Source: Andalucia godoyi And28 (lineage: Eukaryota; Protista; Jakobida). Taken from it: a DNA stretch of 64,000 nucleotides. The notes below the pieces were generated by a model. It saw only the letters and a program-made list of their open reading frames with translations. It was not told the origin of the DNA and ran no database searches. A program made the position numbers and the translations under genes. Location: the NCBI GenBank assembly GCA_009859145.1, contig VRVR01000038.1, positions 215,222 through 279,221 on the forward strand, in the 5' to 3' direction. Position 1 is the stretch's first letter, and the number at the start of each line of letters is the position of its first letter. Below are positions 61,487 through 64,000 of the stretch, one piece after another.

Positions 61487-63187
61487 ATGCAACATCACCT
61501 ACATTCGATACCTCTGATCTTCATATTCGTAACGCTGTGCGTAACGTTTCTTGGGTCTTTCGTCCTTCACGTTGCCGTCGATGCGCACCGTCGCTCTGCA
61601 TTTCTACAACGCCCAAGCGATAATGCACCCACACGAACGACACCGATCGATGGCGGATCAAAGCCTGTGATTCCAGATGCTGGCGTGTCCAAGAAAAATG
61701 CGTCAGATAACTGGGATCCGTCGGTTTCGGCAAAGCGATTTGCAGACCTTATACGGCCTCTCTCGCATGAATTCGAGCTGATTCGCCATATTGTATCGAA
61801 GAATAGAGTTGGTGATCAAAGGGAAATCGTGTTTGGTGTTGTGGCCGTTGGTCGGGACATCACATTCAATTGGATAATGCAAGTTGAAAGGGCGGGTTAC
61901 AAGAACTGGTTGCTCGTCGTTCGACATCAAGCTCTATTTGAAGAAATTGAGCGTCTGTATCCCGGTCATACAATCATGGGTTTGCAGATGATGGACAAGC
62001 TTCATCTGGGGAAGTGCGGCGATGAGTATGACGACCACATTGATCTTGAACAAAACGGTGCAAACTTCAGTGGTATAATTGAAACGGTTGTCAACTACAT
62101 GCTGTTGAGATTGAACTACATTGTGATATATGCCAATGTTGACGTTGTGTTTCGAGGTTCCGTGGACCTGACTCACATCGTGAACAATACAGACATGGCC
62201 TTTTCCACTTACGATTATCCTTATTATGGACCAATGCCAAGGACTCTTGATGTGCTGCGAAAGTTGGCGTCTGGTGTTTCTGCAAACTGGGGGTTCTTTG
62301 TGTTGTTCCCCACCAAGCGCACCATAATTTACTGGAGAGAGTATGCATTGGTGCTACTCCTGCATGAGCGTGTGTGCAATGACCAACTGTACGGGATCAG
62401 TTTGTTGAATCAGCATCCAGAGTGGGTGTGTTCGTACGGATACGCAGATTCTTCAACGGATGTGATCGAGTACAGCGGAGCGAAGCTGCACCCTGATTGG
62501 TGTGTTCGGATTCGAACTCTCGACACGCTGAAATACCCGATCTATGCCGGATACGTCTCTGGATTGGCGTCTGATGCCATCGCGATTCACATGACGAACT
62601 ATTACCTCGCGCCGAAGACTCACGGCTTGCGTTCCTTGGATTTGTTCGACATTGACAAAACGAAGGAAGGCATGAAGCATTTCCAAAGACGTGTTCTAAC
62701 GTACGACTACAAATGCGGGAATAATCTCGCAGAACGATATGCTGCTGCAAAGAAGGCCACTACTTTGGCGCTCTCATTGGAGCGAGATCTGATATTGCCC
62801 ATGTTTCCCTGCAAGGAGATATCACAGCACTTTGACTTCCCACTGCTTGCGAAGTTCAATAGGACATGGTGCCCGTATGAATTATACTTGAGCCCCACAG
62901 CATTTGTACACGGTTTGTATCCTGTGGATATTCTGGAGGATAATTTCCTTCAACGAGGCGCTGCATATGAAGAGATGAAAGATGTTCACATGTTTGAGTC
63001 GCCTACTATGGACGTTGATCTTCTGAAGAAGGTGACCAATCATGTTCTCGAGCTTGGATGTCTGGTGAATGCTCAATTATCAAATGTCCCTCGATCAGTT
63101 TCCGATATCCTTTTGGACTACGATGAACAGATGAAGCGATCAGATGACTCAAGAGGCAGTATCCTGGTCCGACTGGATCCTTTCTAG
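61487..63187 (+). CDS. Type II membrane nucleotide-diphospho-sugar transferase (GT77/XEG113-like)
   Basis: N-terminal TM; NWLLV, IYANVDVVF (DxD position), ANWGFFVLFPT, NDQ, and C-terminal LALSLERDLILPMFPC. Confidence 0.7.
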   Translation: MQHHLHSIPLIFIFVTLCVTFLGSFVLHVAVDAHRRSAFLQRPSDNAPTRTTPIDGGSKPVIPDAGVSKKNASDNWDPSVSAKRFADLIRPLSHEFELIRHIVSKNRVGDQREIVFGVVAVGRDITFNWIMQVERAGYKNWLLVVRHQALFEEIERLYPGHTIMGLQMMDKLHLGKCGDEYDDHIDLEQNGANFSGIIETVVNYMLLRLNYIVIYANVDVVFRGSVDLTHIVNNTDMAFSTYDYPYYGPMPRTLDVLRKLASGVSANWGFFVLFPTKRTIIYWREYALVLLLHERVCNDQLYGISLLNQHPEWVCSYGYADSSTDVIEYSGAKLHPDWCVRIRTLDTLKYPIYAGYVSGLASDAIAIHMTNYYLAPKTHGLRSLDLFDIDKTKEGMKHFQRRVLTYDYKCGNNLAERYAAAKKATTLALSLERDLILPMFPCKEISQHFDFPLLAKFNRTWCPYELYLSPTAFVHGLYPVDILEDNFLQRGAAYEEMKDVHMFESPTMDVDLLKKVTNHVLELGCLVNAQLSNVPRSVSDILLDYDEQMKRSDDSRGSILVRLDPF

Positions 63188-63262
63188 AAGGAACTCCTTC
63201 GAGCATCAATCATGAAGCGAGGTAGCCGCTTTTCACGGCAACTCCTGGGTCGGATAACCGAA

Positions 63263-63321
63263 CCAGTGATAGTACCAGTGTCGATCGTCGACCGCTAGGT
63301 CGCTAGACTACGGTCGATTGA
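63263..63321. repeat. Structured dispersed repeat, copy 2 (47-nt core 63275-63321)
   Basis: Same orientation as copy 1; differences fall mainly in loop positions; apical CTAG-GTCG-CTAG. Confidence 0.8.
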
Positions 63322-63811
63322 CATAAAACGTTTTGTCAATCAGTTATTATACTCCACCACACTCTTTTCACTCCGTCAACACTAGATGCATTGCAGTTGC
63401 ATGGCGTGCAGCGTCTTTCCATCCCACTGCATCAGTAAGCAATAAACACACACGTTTCATTCATGCTGAATTGATTCATTCACGTACTGCAGCCCATCCA
63501 ACCACTGTAGTGGACACCCGACGCAGACACACCGACTCCGTGCCGATCGGCACGCAGAAATCGACCGACTGCTTGGCAGACTGCCATGGACCAGGGGGGC
63601 CGGTCGGCACATTCATTTTTCTGGCCCTCCTTCTCCTCTCGCATCTCACTCTCTCCCAACGACCATGAAAACCCGCGTCATGCGCTTGTCTTCTTCCACG
63701 TCTGCTGGCTTAGCATAAAATCACTTTATTCGCATCTCATTCTCCCTTCCTCTTTCTTATTCCCAGAAACCATTAACTCCCATACATTCCAGCCACCCAG
63801 TGCCACACACC

Positions 63812-64000
63812 ATGCAGGTCCCCGCATCGACCGTGTCCATCGAGGAGATCGACTTCCGCTGCGATCTCGACTACGTGGCCATCCTCTTCCGCAGCCTGGT
63901 GCACATCCGGCCCACGGCCATCACCGTCTTCTCCAACTTCACGCGCCGGGACGTCTACTGGTTTCGCAAGCGCTTCATGAAGCTGGACGGCATCTCGTTG
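63812..64000 (+). CDS. Hypothetical protein, 3'-truncated by the window edge
   Basis: ATG at 63812, open for 63 codons to the end (MQVPASTVSIEEIDFRCDLDYVAILFRSL...), with strongly GC-ending codons. Confidence 0.5.
   Translation, partial: MQVPASTVSIEEIDFRCDLDYVAILFRSLVHIRPTAITVFSNFTRRDVYWFRKRFMKLDGISL

Noticed and set aside
1-64000. tRNA, rRNA or spliceosomal snRNA genes
   Set aside because: No cloverleaf with T-loop context, rRNA core, or U6/U2 signature was seen by eye; tRNAscan-SE and Infernal would be needed to exclude them.

Overview
Gene-dense, intron-poor eukaryotic (protist-like) nuclear DNA; the organism cannot be identified from the sequence. About 30 protein-coding genes are supported: two cyclic-nucleotide-gated channels flanking a TGY MAP kinase, PTPS, MER3/HFM1, TAF12, KIFBP, an N-CoR-like SANT protein, SMU1-like, SURF6, ATP23, a PIN-like transporter/7TM GPCR fusion (LYCHOS/GPR155-like), ARF, MFS, GCH1, F-box, SHPRH, katanin p60, MCM3, CSN6, SNAPC4-like, PLD, old yellow enzyme, an orphan type I membrane protein, adjacent XPR1/SYG1 and VTC4, and a GT77-like transferase. 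Only two introns could be reconstructed. The most notable content lies in the intergenic gaps. Three decayed Fanzor2/TnpB (OMEGA RNA-guided nuclease) relics are present: two share a 151-nt identical N-terminal fragment (about 19.1 kb and 55.1 kb), and one minus-strand C-terminal zinc-finger/RuvC-III fragment (about 43.7 kb) overlaps three tetraloop hairpins that look like an omegaRNA scaffold. A separate 47-nt structured element occurs twice (53974 and 63275), bracketing the phosphate genes. No intact transposase, CRISPR array, tRNA or rRNA was seen. Family assignments come from motif recognition, not database searches.
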